A stretch of 64,000 nt of DNA, taken from the NCBI GenBank assembly GCA_037137755.1, contig JBAXJR010000001.1:121126-185125 (forward strand), given 5' to 3'. A program made the translations under genes and the position numbers. The notes beneath the pieces were generated by a model. The model ran no database searches and was not told where the DNA came from. It was given only the letters and a program-made list of their open reading frames with translations. Below, piece after piece: positions 31,025 to 41,648 of this stretch; the first letter of the stretch is position 1; each line of letters opens with the position of its first letter. This DNA is from Methanomicrobiales archaeon (GTDB lineage Archaea; Halobacteriota; Methanomicrobia; Methanomicrobiales; Methanospirillaceae).

Positions 31025-34000
31025 TTACACCAGTCCTTCAAGTGTGTCATCTGTGTTCATCTGCAGCCAATACCCTTTTGTCGGGTAGGTGAATTTCAGG
31101 TCGGAATAGTCCGGGTTTATACTTCCCCTGATGTATGTCTCGGAAACATGCGATGATGCATTGATGCCGATTAACGTATCCCAGTTACCATTGAGCTGAC
31201 CTACCTGGGTAAGTAATTCACGGGCAGATATTGCGTTTACCCCTGTTTCTCCGATTGCATTCCAGCCACGGTATACTTGTTTACTGGGTGGCAATGGGAT
31301 GCTACTCGTATCAAATTGTAGTGTTACATCTGTCTGGTACTTCGAATAGACCCAGATACCGTCGAGTGGTTTTACGGTACCGCTGATGAATTGTATCCAC
31401 GTCTTTGTCTGTCCGTCATACAGGAGTGGCGAGTGGTGGTCCATATCGACATTCGCAAAGACTACATTAACCGTATTCGATCCTGCTGCAAGCTTTTTAG
31501 CGGTTGAAACAAAGTTCCAACCCGGGTAGAGCTTAATGATGTTTGCTGGTGGTGTTGGTGGGGCAGCCAGGACTGTTATGAGGTTAGTCTTGGTAATAGG
31601 TGCTGACCATCCACCATCATTATATGACTTAAATGTCACGGAATAAGTCCCGGGTGTGTTGAAAGTATATACCGGACTCTGGGTCTGGGACGTCCCACCG
31701 TCACCGAAATTCCAGTCCCATGCCAGAAGTGCCTGACCGACGGACTGGTCCGTGAAGGTTACGCTGAATGGATTATACCCTGTGGTTGGTGAAGCACTGA
31801 ATGCTGCAACGGGTGTTGTGTGGCGGACGTAGATAACTCCCGGATATATCTTGGTGTTGGGACCTTGAGAATTACTTACAGTAACCTTTGGTGTAAAATT
31901 ACCTGCTTTTGCATAGGTATGAATGGGACTCTGAAGTGTCGAAGTCTTTTCTGATGTAGGTGCATAGGGATCGTCAAAGTCCCAGAACCAGGATGTTGGA
32001 GCAGGGTTACCGCTCGACTGGTCATAGAATTGTACTACCAACGGTTCAATTCCCCCGGATGGTGGTACTACGAAGAAATTCGCGTTAACGGTTCCCGGTG
32101 TGTTTACTATGATGTAATCCGCTTCTTCCAGCGAGTAACTCTTTCCATTGGTTGTCACGATGAGGGATACATCGTATGTACCAGACGTGCTATACTGGTG
32201 GACAGGGTTTCTCTCGGCGGAAGTCCCGTCTCCGAAGTTCCACAGATAGGTTGTGGCGTCAGGATTTGCTGTTGACTGATCAATGAATGAAACAATCAGA
32301 GGTACCGTCCCGGACCTTGGGATTGCCGTAAATGCAACTGTCGGTTCGATCGGTCCTCCCACGATAACATTGTGACTAACTATTGACTGCCCTCCGGCAT
32401 TAGTGACTGTCAAAGTAGCAGGGTAAGTCCCCTCGTTTGTATAAGTGTACTCCGGGTTCTGTAATGTTGATACGGGTGAACTGTCACCGAAGTCCCAAGA
32501 ATATGTCAGGGGGGGCGATCCTGTTGACTGGTCGATGAACTGAACGGTCAGTGGTGAAGGGCCCGAACCCGGCGTCATTGTGAATGCCGCTGTTGCTGCC
32601 GGTGTACTCCCAGATGTAATATAACTCATCTTTATAGTGGTGGTAATACCTCCAGGACTTGTGACGTTAAGTATGACATCGTAATTACCTGCTGCCAGAT
32701 ACACATGAACCGGGCTTTTAGCACTTGAATGTGGCGTATTATCCCCAAAGTTCCAGTCCCAGGCTGTAACTGCATACTGTCCGGAATTCGGTGAAGAAAG
32801 ATCGGTAAAGGTCACGGTCAGCGGAAATGCACCTGTTACCGGAGTACCTGAGAAATCAGCTACTGGTGTGGCTATTCCGACCATGATATAACCTGTCTTC
32901 GTTGTTGTGTTACTCCAGCCTCCATTTGATGCAGTCAGAGATACGGTGTAGATACCATTACTCTGATAAATGTGTGTCGGGTTCTGTGTGGTGTCGGTAG
33001 TTCCGTCACCGAAATTCCATAGCCACTGGTTACCCGTCTGACCTGTAACATTGCCGGCAAATTTCACTGTGAGTGGAGTATTACCACTTGTTTTATCAGC
33101 GGTGAAACTTACTTTGAGGAAATTTGTAAGTGGGAAGTTATCGAGGTTACTCGGCCCGATCACAAATGCATTGTCGCAGAAACCGTTGCCTTTTGTGTCA
33201 AAATTGATCTGCGACCATCCCTGGCCATTTGGCTGTGCCCAGTAGTTGCCACCTGTATACGGCCCTCCCACGATGTTTGAACCTGGTGACTGCAGGACGT
33301 TCCAGGTGTTCGGATTATTGCTCTGTTGTCCGAACCCGGCATTAATCGAATTATTAAATATATTGTTGTAGATGACGTTGTAGCCCGATCCATCGAGCTT
33401 GATACCCAGAACTCCGTTTGCACGGATTGTATTGTCCGTGAGTGTATTCAGGTTGGAATGATAGAGGTGGACACCCCATTGACCGTTGTCATAAATATCG
33501 TTACCTTCAAGGATGGTTTCGATCAACGGTTCGAAATTATCCGTACCATTCAGATAAACACCGGAAATTTCGTGACCATAAATTTTGTTATTTTTGAGGG
33601 AGTTCTTATCACTTGATAGATACACCAAATCATCAGTAATGAATGTTGCGAGTTGGATCCCGTATTTATGGTTATTCCGGATGATGTTGTCGTGCAGGAT
33701 ATTATTTTTGCTTCCACTGAGTAAAATACCCATTACTCCATTTCCTTCAACGAGGTTCCCTGCTGAATCTGCTCCGTTATCCTGCTGAAGCTCAATACCG
33801 ATAGCGGTATTATCGAACGCGTGGTTGTTGTTGACGTGAGTCTTACCCGAATCAAGACCCACATATATTCCCCAGCCATATGGCGTGCTCCCAAAAGAGT
33901 GCCCGTTTTCTGAAACACTGTTGTTCTCTATCCAGTTCGGGATTGAGCTTTGCGTGGGTATAACCGTAATACCAGAGCGACGGTTTCTATGGGCGTCGTT

Positions 34001-34819
34001 GTCAATAATGTGGTTCCCTATACTTTCCTCTAAAAGAATACCGTTTCCAAACGCATCTGCTCCAGACGTTGAAGCATTGATGTTGTTATTCGCGGTATTG
34101 TACTGGACTAAATTATTGTGAGAAGTTTTAATGTAGATACCTATGTCTTTATTGAAATTGGCGGAATTATGTGTAACTGTGTTATTTAACGAACCCCCCT
34201 CGATGTAAATACCTACATTTCCGTTATTATTGGCACTATTATTGTTGATAGTATTCCAATGAGATGCACTTACCGTGATCCCCTGTTTTTTAGTATACGA
34301 GGCGTCGTTATTGAGTACACTTACCCACTGTGATGAATCAAGCACGATACCGTAATCGTTATTATTAACATTATTATTGTCAATACGACCCCCGCTTTCA
34401 GGGAGCGAAAACGGGTTTACGACGTAATAATAGATACCATAGTTAAATTTGTCGACCTTGGTATCTATGACAGAGACCCGCTCGAGCAATGAATCTACGT
34501 AGATACCTACCTGGTCATCACTGCTCGAATTAAACTTTACACCGGTACTTATGGTATGACCATTTCCGTCAAAGATGACATCCGAGGCGAGAATTTTGAT
34601 ACAAGGCTCATAGAAACTACTTCCATTCTGCCACCGTACACCATCGTAATCGGTGATATCCTTGATAAGTTGATATTCCCCTGGTTCCTCAATCACCATC
34701 GGCGAATCCACATATACTATTGCCATCGCTCCGACTGGCAGGAGGCAAATGATAAAAGCCAGCACGAGGAGATATTTCAGTCCCGTGCTACCCATCAAGT
34801 TAGAAATGCGTGTTGTCAT
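31025..34819 (-). CDS. Secreted protein: right-handed beta-helix (NosD/CASH-like), 6 PKD, GWN-repeat C-domain
   Basis: Asn-rich GI.L..S..N.I..N repeats, GGNYW cap, six W(D/N)F(G/D)D PKD repeats, and C-terminal YPGWNFVS...RGWNAIG...GYWL. Confidence 0.88.
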   Translation of the reverse strand: MTTRISNLMGSTGLKYLLVLAFIICLLPVGAMAIVYVDSPMVIEEPGEYQLIKDITDYDGVRWQNGSSFYEPCIKILASDVIFDGNGHTISTGVKFNSSSDDQVGIYVDSLLERVSVIDTKVDKFNYGIYYYVVNPFSLPESGGRIDNNNVNNNDYGIVLDSSQWVSVLNNDASYTKKQGITVSASHWNTINNNSANNNGNVGIYIEGGSLNNTVTHNSANFNKDIGIYIKTSHNNLVQYNTANNNINASTSGADAFGNGILLEESIGNHIIDNDAHRNRRSGITVIPTQSSIPNWIENNSVSENGHSFGSTPYGWGIYVGLDSGKTHVNNNHAFDNTAIGIELQQDNGADSAGNLVEGNGVMGILLSGSKNNILHDNIIRNNHKYGIQLATFITDDLVYLSSDKNSLKNNKIYGHEISGVYLNGTDNFEPLIETILEGNDIYDNGQWGVHLYHSNLNTLTDNTIRANGVLGIKLDGSGYNVIYNNIFNNSINAGFGQQSNNPNTWNVLQSPGSNIVGGPYTGGNYWAQPNGQGWSQINFDTKGNGFCDNAFVIGPSNLDNFPLTNFLKVSFTADKTSGNTPLTVKFAGNVTGQTGNQWLWNFGDGTTDTTQNPTHIYQSNGIYTVSLTASNGGWSNTTTKTGYIMVGIATPVADFSGTPVTGAFPLTVTFTDLSSPNSGQYAVTAWDWNFGDNTPHSSAKSPVHVYLAAGNYDVILNVTSPGGITTTIKMSYITSGSTPAATAAFTMTPGSGPSPLTVQFIDQSTGSPPLTYSWDFGDSSPVSTLQNPEYTYTNEGTYPATLTVTNAGGQSIVSHNVIVGGPIEPTVAFTAIPRSGTVPLIVSFIDQSTANPDATTYLWNFGDGTSAERNPVHQYSTSGTYDVSLIVTTNGKSYSLEEADYIIVNTPGTVNANFFVVPPSGGIEPLVVQFYDQSSGNPAPTSWFWDFDDPYAPTSEKTSTLQSPIHTYAKAGNFTPKVTVSNSQGPNTKIYPGVIYVRHTTPVAAFSASPTTGYNPFSVTFTDQSVGQALLAWDWNFGDGGTSQTQSPVYTFNTPGTYSVTFKSYNDGGWSAPITKTNLITVLAAPPTPPANIIKLYPGWNFVSTAKKLAAGSNTVNVVFANVDMDHHSPLLYDGQTKTWIQFISGTVKPLDGIWVYSKYQTDVTLQFDTSSIPLPPSKQVYRGWNAIGETGVNAISARELLTQVGQLNGNWDTLIGINASSHVSETYIRGSINPDYSDLKFTYPTKGYWLQMNTDDTLEGLV

Positions 34820-34832
34820 TTTTCAACCCCTC

Positions 34833-36296
34833 CTAACTCCTCACCACGATCAATCGGGGTTTGGTCACCGTAAATGTGTCACGGGAATCTGTCACTTTCA
34901 ATATTACTGTATAGATATCGACCGCGAATTTCCTTTCTGAATTATCATTTACACGAATACTTGGATCATTCGTAACCCAGGGACCGTAGTGATGGCCGAC
35001 AGGATCATAAGCTCCAACGAATTCCCACGTATACAATGTGCTTGTATCAGGCCTGAATGAAGGTCGGATGGCAGACCTAAATGAATAGATCGATCTCGTT
35101 GAGTATGCGGTGAACAAGATTGGCTGTCCGGAACCTACCCCATATCTGTCTGCACTGAAGTACGTATTCCCGTTAATTCCACTTCTCAGGAGGTATAAGT
35201 TACCAGAATCACTGGATACTGTGGTTGTAGCACTATCAGAAAGGCCATTTTTCGTTACTGTCAGGGTAACTGTGAACTTTCCTGGCATAAATCCATGTGT
35301 TACGTTGCTGCCGGTTGCAGTGGTACCATCCCCAAAATTCCATGACCAGCTACCCACAGGGGGACTGGTAAGATTACCAGTAGATGCGATACCTTCGAAC
35401 TTGACTGGTCGCCCTTCAACGATGTTTGGCGGGGTCGCAGTGAGAATCGCTTTCGGATAGACTTGAAGTGTTCTTGTTGTGGAATCAGTTGTCCCTCCAT
35501 TACCATTGACCGTTAACCTGATTGTGTAGGTATTCGCCGTATCAAATGTTTTGTTGAATACTGCTGCGTTGGTTGGCCAGGTCTGGTTCCATGCCTCAAA
35601 ACCCCAGACATAGGATAATGTTGGTCCTCCTGTTGATGCAGATGAATTAAACTGGAATGAGGTAATATCGGCAAATCCTGTTGACGGGGTGATAGTGAAA
35701 TCAGCCTTTGGATTAACCGTAATGGTCATGTTTGCAGATGTATTTGACATGGAATTCCTTGTGGATGTCAGGTTGACAGTATAAACACCGCTCTTAAGGA
35801 AGGTGTGCGCCGGATTTCTGCTAGTGTTAGTGATACCCTGGTCACCAAACTGCCAAAACCATTGGTCCGGATTTCCGAATGATGTATCAGTGAACTGGAC
35901 AGTCAATGGGGCATAGCCGGTGGTTGTTGTTGCAGTAAACTGTGCAAGTGGGAATACGTTCACAATATTTTGCGCACTACTAGTTTCTGAAACATTCCAT
36001 ACCACCATGTTCACATTATACGACCCCGCTGTCTCAAAAAGATGGGATGCATTCTGTACCGTAACTGGAGGTGTACCATCCTGGAAATACCAGGTCCAAT
36101 TGATCATCGGTCCTCCAGTCGATGTATCAGTGAACTGAACACCCAACGGTGCATTTCCTGATGCCGGACTGCGGATAAAACTTGCCACAGGTGCTGCTGT
36201 AACATAGCTAGCAGACCCGAATAGCAATAATACAAAGAAAAGCACGAGAACACATTTCAGTCGCCCCGTACTCTTGATTTCATCATACGTCTTCAT
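34833..36296 (-). CDS. Secreted multi-PKD protein
   Basis: Signal peptide followed by 4-5 PKD/Ig-like repeats (VQFTDTS...W.FGD). First gene of the operon. Confidence 0.87.
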   Translation of the reverse strand: MKTYDEIKSTGRLKCVLVLFFVLLLFGSASYVTAAPVASFIRSPASGNAPLGVQFTDTSTGGPMINWTWYFQDGTPPVTVQNASHLFETAGSYNVNMVVWNVSETSSAQNIVNVFPLAQFTATTTTGYAPLTVQFTDTSFGNPDQWFWQFGDQGITNTSRNPAHTFLKSGVYTVNLTSTRNSMSNTSANMTITVNPKADFTITPSTGFADITSFQFNSSASTGGPTLSYVWGFEAWNQTWPTNAAVFNKTFDTANTYTIRLTVNGNGGTTDSTTRTLQVYPKAILTATPPNIVEGRPVKFEGIASTGNLTSPPVGSWSWNFGDGTTATGSNVTHGFMPGKFTVTLTVTKNGLSDSATTTVSSDSGNLYLLRSGINGNTYFSADRYGVGSGQPILFTAYSTRSIYSFRSAIRPSFRPDTSTLYTWEFVGAYDPVGHHYGPWVTNDPSIRVNDNSERKFAVDIYTVILKVTDSRDTFTVTKPRLIVVRS

Positions 36297-37211
36297 AACT
36301 TCGCCACCTTGATCTTGTTACCAGATTTCCTGATGAAATTGGATAGATTTATATACCAATGAAATATGCGTTTCTGCATTCCACTGACTAAACCATTACC
36401 TCAGTCATCCTGAATTACCAATTGAATATAAATGACCTTGTATCTTTCATCTTTATAAACCTATTGGTGAATTTTGAGTATTTAGGCATGCACAATGACT
36501 GAATGGGTGAACTGGGGATGATCTGGAGGCGGTAGTTGAGAATATAAATCTAGTGATTGTTACCTTGAATTACTTCAATTTGCAGAGATATCAAAGTAAA
36601 ACCTAATAATTGACCTGTTTTCCGTTTTTTGAATTTGAAATAGGATTGAATGATATTTCGTTTAATCATGTTTCCATCCTAAAAATATAAATATCTATTA
36701 AAATGATTAGAATGCCACTATTCCCCAGAATATTCGATATTTACATTTGCGAGAATCTATCTGGCCTTAATGAAGTCAGATTTTGCGCGCTTTATGGGGT
36801 TTTTGAGTTATTTTAGTCTCTGGGAAAACACTTATTCTATATTTGCAATTTCTCTAATGTTTTGTATAAAAACCGAATTCCAAATAGGACTCAATATTTT
36901 GCATATAGGATGGTAGGATCCGATTCAATTACCTCTGCAATCCTCTGCTTCTGTCAATGGCGGTATAAAAGTAAAAAGATCTCTTCGACATAAGATGTGA
37001 GATGGAATGTTATTGATTTATAGCATTCCTGTCTAATTGGTAATGCGGTGTATTTCATTACATCAGGATCATAGGAGTGAGTATTCTTTACTCAGGGAGA
37101 ACAGCTGATTGAATATTCATCCCCTTGATTGCGGGTAAAAATTAGTTACATATTACTCCGATATCTATGATCATTGGAGTAGGCAATACAAAATTAAAAA
37201 AAATGGATTTC

Positions 37212-40200
37212 TTAAGAAACCACAATATAACCAGACCTTGACAGCCCACTAGTCCCTTCAGAGTTTGATGCTTTTAATTTCACTGAATATATACCTGCTT
37301 TTAAGTACGTATGGGCGGGGTTCTGTTCATTAGAGGTTAAACCGTCACCAAATGTCCAGAGCCAACTTGTAGGAATACCTGTCGAAAGGTCCTGGAAGGA
37401 GACGACGAGTGGCATTGTACCAGTCTTTGGGCTCGCTGTAAATCCTGCTTTCAGGACACCTGGATCAGGTGTCGGGGTCGGAGTTGGCGTAGGAGTTGGA
37501 GAAGATGTGGGTATTGGAGTCGGTGTAGGAGTCAGCGTTGGAGTGGGGCTTGGGGTTGGCGTAAATGTTGGAGTTGGTGAAACGGTAGGAGTGGGCGTTG
37601 GTCCTGAATTAGAAACAACTATATAACCAGATCTTGAAAGGCCATTTGACCCGGCAGAATTCGATGCTTTTAATTTTACAGAGTACATCCCCGGTTTAAG
37701 GTAGGTGTGGGTTGGGTTCTGTCCATTAGAGGTTGAACCGTCCCCGAATGTCCACGACCACGAGGTAGGTGAATTGATCGATTTATCGGTGAATTGAACA
37801 AATAATGGACTCCCGCCTTCCCGGGTTGATGCTACGAAATCCGCTTTTGGAGGAACATTTCCCGATTTCTGCAGGGTAATCAATAAGTCTGTTTTTTGTC
37901 CGGATATTATGGAAACTATTTGAGTAGTATCATCGTAACCACTCAGGCTGCACCTGATAATATGGCTCCCTGATGCCAGATTTGAAAGTGTTTTAGGTGT
38001 GACAAATCCCGTGTCAGTATAATCGAGATAAATCTTTGCGCCGGAGGGAGTAGATTGAATAAAAGCCGATCCGAAGGAGGGTGCATCTGGAGCAGTCCTC
38101 GCTATATCGCTTATCCAGGTCTGGTTAATCAGACCGGTGGTACCGACGGTATGGGTTGCAATAGTATGTGCGGTATCAGGAATCAGTGACGATGCCGTGT
38201 AGGTCCGGATCCCTTTGGTCACATTGGTCTGGAATACACCATCCATGTAGACCATTACCTTCGAGAAGTCTGTTGAAGAAGGATCTGTCCAGGTCCATGT
38301 GATACTGGTCCGCTGGAACGTGGTGTTATCAAGGTTATTGATACTCGCGGGTGGGATAACAGGGGGTGTTACGTATACCGTAATAGCCGAAAGTTTGGAC
38401 GATGAGCCCGCACTATTGGATATCTTCAGGGTAATGTTAAAGGTTGTATCGGCTGTTGCAGTATACGTGTGTACCGGACTTGGCAATGCCGAATAAGTCC
38501 CATCGCCAAAGTCCCATAGGTAGGTTAGCGGTACTGAACCCGAAGAAGTATCGGTAAACTGGACAGACAACGGCGCGACTCCTGAGGACTTATTAGTATC
38601 GAAGTTTGCGACGGGTGCATCCATGGATGAGGTGACCGTAATGTACCCGGTCTTCCAGGTGTTGTACCACTTACCATCGATGTAAACTTGATAGATTATT
38701 GCATATCTCCCTGGTTTTTCAAAGATATGAACCGGGTTATGCTGAGTAGACTGTGTACTGTCGCCAAAGACCCAGTACCACGATGTCGACCCGATGTCCC
38801 CAGTCGGGGTGAAGTTGACTGAAAGTGGTGCGTTACCAGACAGGGGTTGAGCTGAAAAATCTAATTTCTGGAGGGTAAGCATGACATTTGTTGTTGGCCC
38901 TAATGAAATGGAAACTGTTTTGGAATTATCAATGTAACCGTTCATGCTGCATCTGACAACATGACTTCCAGTACTTAAATTTGAAATTGTTTTTGGGGAG
39001 ACGAAACCTGTGTCATTGCCGTCAAGGTAGATCTTTGCTCCCGTAGGATTGGATTGTACGAAAATCGATCCCGGCTCGAGGGATTGTAATGCTTTATAAG
39101 CATTGAGCCTTCCTCCCGAGAGGACTTTTCCATTTAAGGAAGGAACAGTATCAACATTATTGAGAATTGCAGCCTTTATCTGTGCATTTGACAATTCCGG
39201 ATATTTTGATTTAAGTAATCCGGCGACACCGGCAACCATTGGGGCAGAATATGAGGTGCCCGAGCTCTTATCTCCTGCTAAATAGTATGGAGAAGTCGGG
39301 ATTGTACTGACTATATCTTTTCCTGGTGCCGCGATGTCTACTGAAGATCTCCCGTAGTTTGAAAAAGATGCAAGATTGTCATTTTGATCCGTTGCCGCGA
39401 CAGAAATAATATTATCTAATTCATAATCTGATGGATAATGAGGTCGAATATCGTTGTTAGTGCCATCATTACCGGCAGAGCAAATAACCAAAGCTAGAGA
39501 ATTTTTTATTAGACTTTTTTCTACTAAATCTTTAGATCCGTAAAATCCGAAAGAGCATAATATAATATCAGCTCCGTTTTGGTTAGCATAGTCAAATGCA
39601 ATTATTTCACGATCATCATTATACCCTTTTAATGCTTCAAGAGGGATAATCTTAGCATGCCACATAACACCGGCAATTCCAATACTATTATTCCCCTCGG
39701 CAGCGATTATTCCAGCACAACGTGTGCCATGATCAGTATCATCATCATTATATTGGATTGATTTCCAGATATTATTTTTAAGATCAGGATGCGTAAGATC
39801 AACGCTATCCATAACTGCAATTTTTACATCATTCGATCCTTGCGAAATATCCCAAGCTAATGGAGCATTGATTTTAGCTAAATACCATTGTTGGGAAAAG
39901 TACCGATCATTTGGGAGACTTTCTTTATTGTTTAAAAATAAACTTCTTTTTGAATTTAAACTTTGATTTGTGGGTACTAAAGGATCAATTCTTTTTATGT
40001 AATTTGGCTGTGCATAATCGATGCAGGATAGATTTGAATAATATATTATCGCAGAATTGACAGTAATATTACTTGGAATACCAATAAGTTGTGCTCCCGG
40101 AAGTCCAAATGCTCCATAATCACGTAGAATAAAAGCATTGATTTGAGTGTGAATTCTTGAAGAAGTCGCATTATACAAATTAGGATTTTCGTATATTTCC

Positions 40201-40433
40201 GGTTTGAATTGAATAATCAATTCGTCTTTCACATATTCAATAATAGTACCATTACTATCGGTAACAGTCTCAATTTCATGAGGTGTTGTTAAATTACCGG
40301 GAATACTGGTATTGCTATTTTGATTAAACACATCATCAGCAAAAACTCCTGCAACAAAAAACAAACAAATTAGAATTGCAGCTATTAACCATTTCAATCC
40401 GAAGACCCCCAGACAGGTTGACGATGCCGCCAT
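37212..40433 (-). CDS. Secreted S8 subtilase with PEGA, PKD and FN3-like domains
   Basis: Catalytic triad AVMD / DHGTRCAG / SGTSYSAP and oxyanion SAGND. Also 2 PEGA (QS.P.GAKIYLD), 4 PKD and a PT linker. Confidence 0.92.
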   Translation of the reverse strand: MAASSTCLGVFGLKWLIAAILICLFFVAGVFADDVFNQNSNTSIPGNLTTPHEIETVTDSNGTIIEYVKDELIIQFKPEIYENPNLYNATSSRIHTQINAFILRDYGAFGLPGAQLIGIPSNITVNSAIIYYSNLSCIDYAQPNYIKRIDPLVPTNQSLNSKRSLFLNNKESLPNDRYFSQQWYLAKINAPLAWDISQGSNDVKIAVMDSVDLTHPDLKNNIWKSIQYNDDDTDHGTRCAGIIAAEGNNSIGIAGVMWHAKIIPLEALKGYNDDREIIAFDYANQNGADIILCSFGFYGSKDLVEKSLIKNSLALVICSAGNDGTNNDIRPHYPSDYELDNIISVAATDQNDNLASFSNYGRSSVDIAAPGKDIVSTIPTSPYYLAGDKSSGTSYSAPMVAGVAGLLKSKYPELSNAQIKAAILNNVDTVPSLNGKVLSGGRLNAYKALQSLEPGSIFVQSNPTGAKIYLDGNDTGFVSPKTISNLSTGSHVVRCSMNGYIDNSKTVSISLGPTTNVMLTLQKLDFSAQPLSGNAPLSVNFTPTGDIGSTSWYWVFGDSTQSTQHNPVHIFEKPGRYAIIYQVYIDGKWYNTWKTGYITVTSSMDAPVANFDTNKSSGVAPLSVQFTDTSSGSVPLTYLWDFGDGTYSALPSPVHTYTATADTTFNITLKISNSAGSSSKLSAITVYVTPPVIPPASINNLDNTTFQRTSITWTWTDPSSTDFSKVMVYMDGVFQTNVTKGIRTYTASSLIPDTAHTIATHTVGTTGLINQTWISDIARTAPDAPSFGSAFIQSTPSGAKIYLDYTDTGFVTPKTLSNLASGSHIIRCSLSGYDDTTQIVSIISGQKTDLLITLQKSGNVPPKADFVASTREGGSPLFVQFTDKSINSPTSWSWTFGDGSTSNGQNPTHTYLKPGMYSVKLKASNSAGSNGLSRSGYIVVSNSGPTPTPTVSPTPTFTPTPSPTPTLTPTPTPIPTSSPTPTPTPTPTPDPGVLKAGFTASPKTGTMPLVVSFQDLSTGIPTSWLWTFGDGLTSNEQNPAHTYLKAGIYSVKLKASNSEGTSGLSRSGYIVVS

Positions 40434-41189
40434 GTTTGATTGAAAAAAGTATAAATGTTTGGTTTTATACTGTTATAGGTCCCGGAGAAAGTTAATTCTG
40501 CTTGAATATCCCCATTAAAATCGAATCGGTTTTGAAATGTATCCTGAAAAACACTATACTCATAAATATGGCTGGATTTAATGAATAAAACGAGTATTTA
40601 GGTTTTATAAGGGGTCCTGGCCAGTCAGGTAAATTATCCTCTTAATCTATCGACACCCCAAAATCTCCCTCACCCTTGCGTGAATACCCAGTACCGCATG
40701 CAAATTTACCCTGCCCCAGCTTAGACAAAATCCAAGCCCATATCAACCTCTTTATCGCAAAAATAAGACGGGATCACCTTACACACCACCCTTTGACTGA
40801 CCTCGGTTTACCGGCGCCCGGGTTTTTAGGTAATAACGCCCGCATTGCCACCCGTTAAGATAAAAACACATTTATTGGCCATAGTATTAAACAACGCCCA
40901 TACTCCCTTGTTTTAACCGGATCCGGGCCCTGAATGGCGTTGGTTTTAGCTTCACCCTGGCCTAATCTTACCACGGGAATGGTCGTAAAAGGGGCGTTAA
41001 TGACAGGGAATGTGTAGGTATCAAGTCACATGATTTTCAGGTACTCCCTGCTGCCTGTGCAGAAGGAAACTGCAGGCTTTAAGTTATGGTACATTCAGTA
41101 TTTCTGTTGACAATCGTGATTTAACAATCACGACGCTAAAAAAAAATGTACCATTCGTCGTAAATACATCCCACACGTAAAGGATATCA

Positions 41190-41448
41190 GTGGAAACGTT
41201 TCGAGTCATGATCAAAAAAGCCTGCGGAAGATTGGCTCAAAAGTTATGATAAGGAAATACAGAGGCGTTTCGCAGTTAAAATTCGAAAATTAAAAGAATA
41301 TCCCGAATCATTCGGAAAACCTTTACGCGGAGTACTTCATGGTTTTTGGGAACTCTATTTTGAGAACCGGTTCAGAATCATCTACACTATCGATCATGAA
41401 CAAAAAATTGTCGAAATAGTTGCAATCAGGCACAAGGATGTGTTCTAG
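41190..41448 (+). pseudogene. RelE/ParE-family toxin with one extra base in an A6 run
   Basis: Frame 1 reads GTG-ETFRVMIKK; the +1 frame then reads PAEDWLKSYDKEIQRRFAVKIRKLKEYPESFGKPLRGVLHGFWELYFENRFRIIYTIDHEQKIVEIVAIRHKDVF*. The shift is at ATC AAAAAAG CCT (41211-41223). Confidence 0.82.
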
Positions 41449-41636
41449 ATCCCAGGTTCATCTGCCAGAGTTTCAAAATCGCGGGACGTTGTATCCTTGT
41501 ATCCCGCTTCTCTGACCTGCACCATGAGCTCTTTATCGGAAAGTACGTCTATGGTCCGCTTCATGGACTCATATTCGTCAGTGAATATCGTGATCCATTT
41601 GGTTTCGTGCACCCCATGCACTGCAGGTTTACTCAT
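41445..41636 (-). CDS. Putative antitoxin (63 aa), convergent with the RelE-like gene
   Basis: Acidic DEYESMKRTIDVLSDKELM motif recalls the Phd/YefM C-terminal (YESL.ET..LL) segment of archaeal RelE partners. Confidence 0.6.
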   Translation of the reverse strand: MSKPAVHGVHETKWITIFTDEYESMKRTIDVLSDKELMVQVREAGYKDTTSRDFETLADEPGI

Positions 41637-41648
41637 AATTGATTATTA

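Noticed and set aside
37470-37600. Tandem 6-nt-like repeats (also 30580-30660 and 25820-25880) as possible CRISPR or VNTR
   Set aside because: They are degenerate codons of Pro-Thr linkers inside CDSs. There is no repeat-spacer structure and no cas gene.
40440-41180. Intergenic stretch with GC-rich patches as possible ncRNA or 60-aa ORF (40676-40858)
   Set aside because: No recognisable RNA family, extended stems or coding signature by eye.
41214-41220. AAAAAAG as a classic programmed -1 frameshift site
   Set aside because: The phase is AAA AAA G and restoring RelE needs +1, not -1. An indel or transcriptional slippage fits better.
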